A DNA stretch of 64,000 nt from contig OZ336877.1 in NCBI GenBank assembly GCA_965287045.1, forward strand, positions 48,298,001-48,362,000, written 5' to 3'. The notes beneath the pieces were generated by a model. The model did not search any database and was not told where the DNA came from. It saw only the letters and a program-made list of their open reading frames with translations. The position numbers were made by a program, and so were the translations under genes. Source of the stretch: Carcharhinus amblyrhynchos (lineage: Eukaryota). Shown here in pieces: positions 63,222-64,000 of this stretch; the first letter of the stretch is position 1; every line of letters starts with the position of its first letter.

Positions 63222-63598
63222 ACACCTGGTGTAATGTCACTGGATTTGTAACCAAGAGGCACAGACCAATGTCCTGGGGACATGGTTTCAAATACCAACA
63301 CAATAGCTGGTGGAGTTTAAATCTTTGATTTTAAAATAAAATCTAGTCTCAGTAATGGTGGTCATGAATCATCGTTGAATTATGGTAAAAACCCATCTGA
63401 TTTACTGATGTATTTGGGAAGGAAATCTGCCATGCTTATCTTGTCTGGTCTGTCTGTGACTCCAGATCCACAGTAAATTGGTTGACTTCTATCTGCATTC
63501 TGAAATGACCCAACATGCCAGTCTGTTCAAGGGCAATTGGGATAACCAACGCATGTTAGCCTTGGCAGATGCCCACATCCCATAAAAATGTATAAAAG
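63222..63598 (+). mobile_element. tRNA-derived SINE sharing its tail with the second LINE family
   Basis: ggtgtaatgtcactgga...ggggacatggtttcaaatacc head; tail caagggcaattgggataaccaacgcatgttagccttggcagatgcccacatcccataaaaatg. Confidence 0.7.
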
Positions 63599-63599
63599 T

Positions 63600-64000
63600 A
63601 TAATTAAATGCTTGTTCCACTCCCTTTTTTAGAATTTTTTTTAATAGAATTAACTCCTTTAAAAAGTGTATTCCAGATTTCAACAACTGAGTGAAAGCAT
63701 TTCTCCTCATCTCCTTTCTTGATGTCCTGACAATGCTTGACTATTCCTGTTATTTCATCATCCTGTCTGTCATCCTGATGCTTATAACTATCCATGCCAT
63801 GATCAAGTTTTGTATCATCTTCAAACTTTATAATGCTGCTCCCTACACCTAACTTCAGCTCATTCATAGAAATTATAAAAGAGTAATAGATCCAAAACTG
63901 ACCCTGGGGGAAGATCACTGCAAACCATTTCACAGTCTGAAAAGCATCCATTCACCTTTCCCCTTTGTTTCCTGTTGCTGAGTAAATTTTGTATCCATTC
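63600..64000 (-). mobile_element. Decayed CR1 RT fragment running off the window end
   Basis: ORF 63604-63951 FPQG...SMNELKLGVGSSIIKFEDDTKL; MRRNAFTQ. Confidence 0.7.

Overview
Eukaryotic, not prokaryotic, DNA. The repeat content (HE1-type V-SINEs, SacSINE1/Deu-type SINE, HER1/CR1 LINEs) points to a shark or other elasmobranch. The whole window appears to lie inside one + strand gene, EPB41L3 (band 4.1-like 3, 4.1B/DAL-1). Four internal coding exons (374-583, 39025-39129, 48945-48987, 51298-51373) splice in frame and encode the start of the FERM domain. The rest is intron filled with retroelements: many CR1 LINE copies of different ages (one with a nearly intact ORF2), Rex1/Babar- and L2-like LINE fragments, tRNA-derived SINEs, two decayed Gypsy-type LTR elements (one with integrase before RT, as in the Gmr1 group), and Penelope-like elements with inverted pseudo-LTRs and hammerhead-ribozyme motifs. 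Almost all long ORFs in the track are retrotransposon ORF2 pieces or their antisense shadows. I found no new multi-gene system. The most unusual signal is a recurring pattern of short inserts copied, often inverted, from nearby intron sequence and flanked by target-site duplications. Repeat-family names come from recognition, not database searches, and boundaries of old repeats are approximate.
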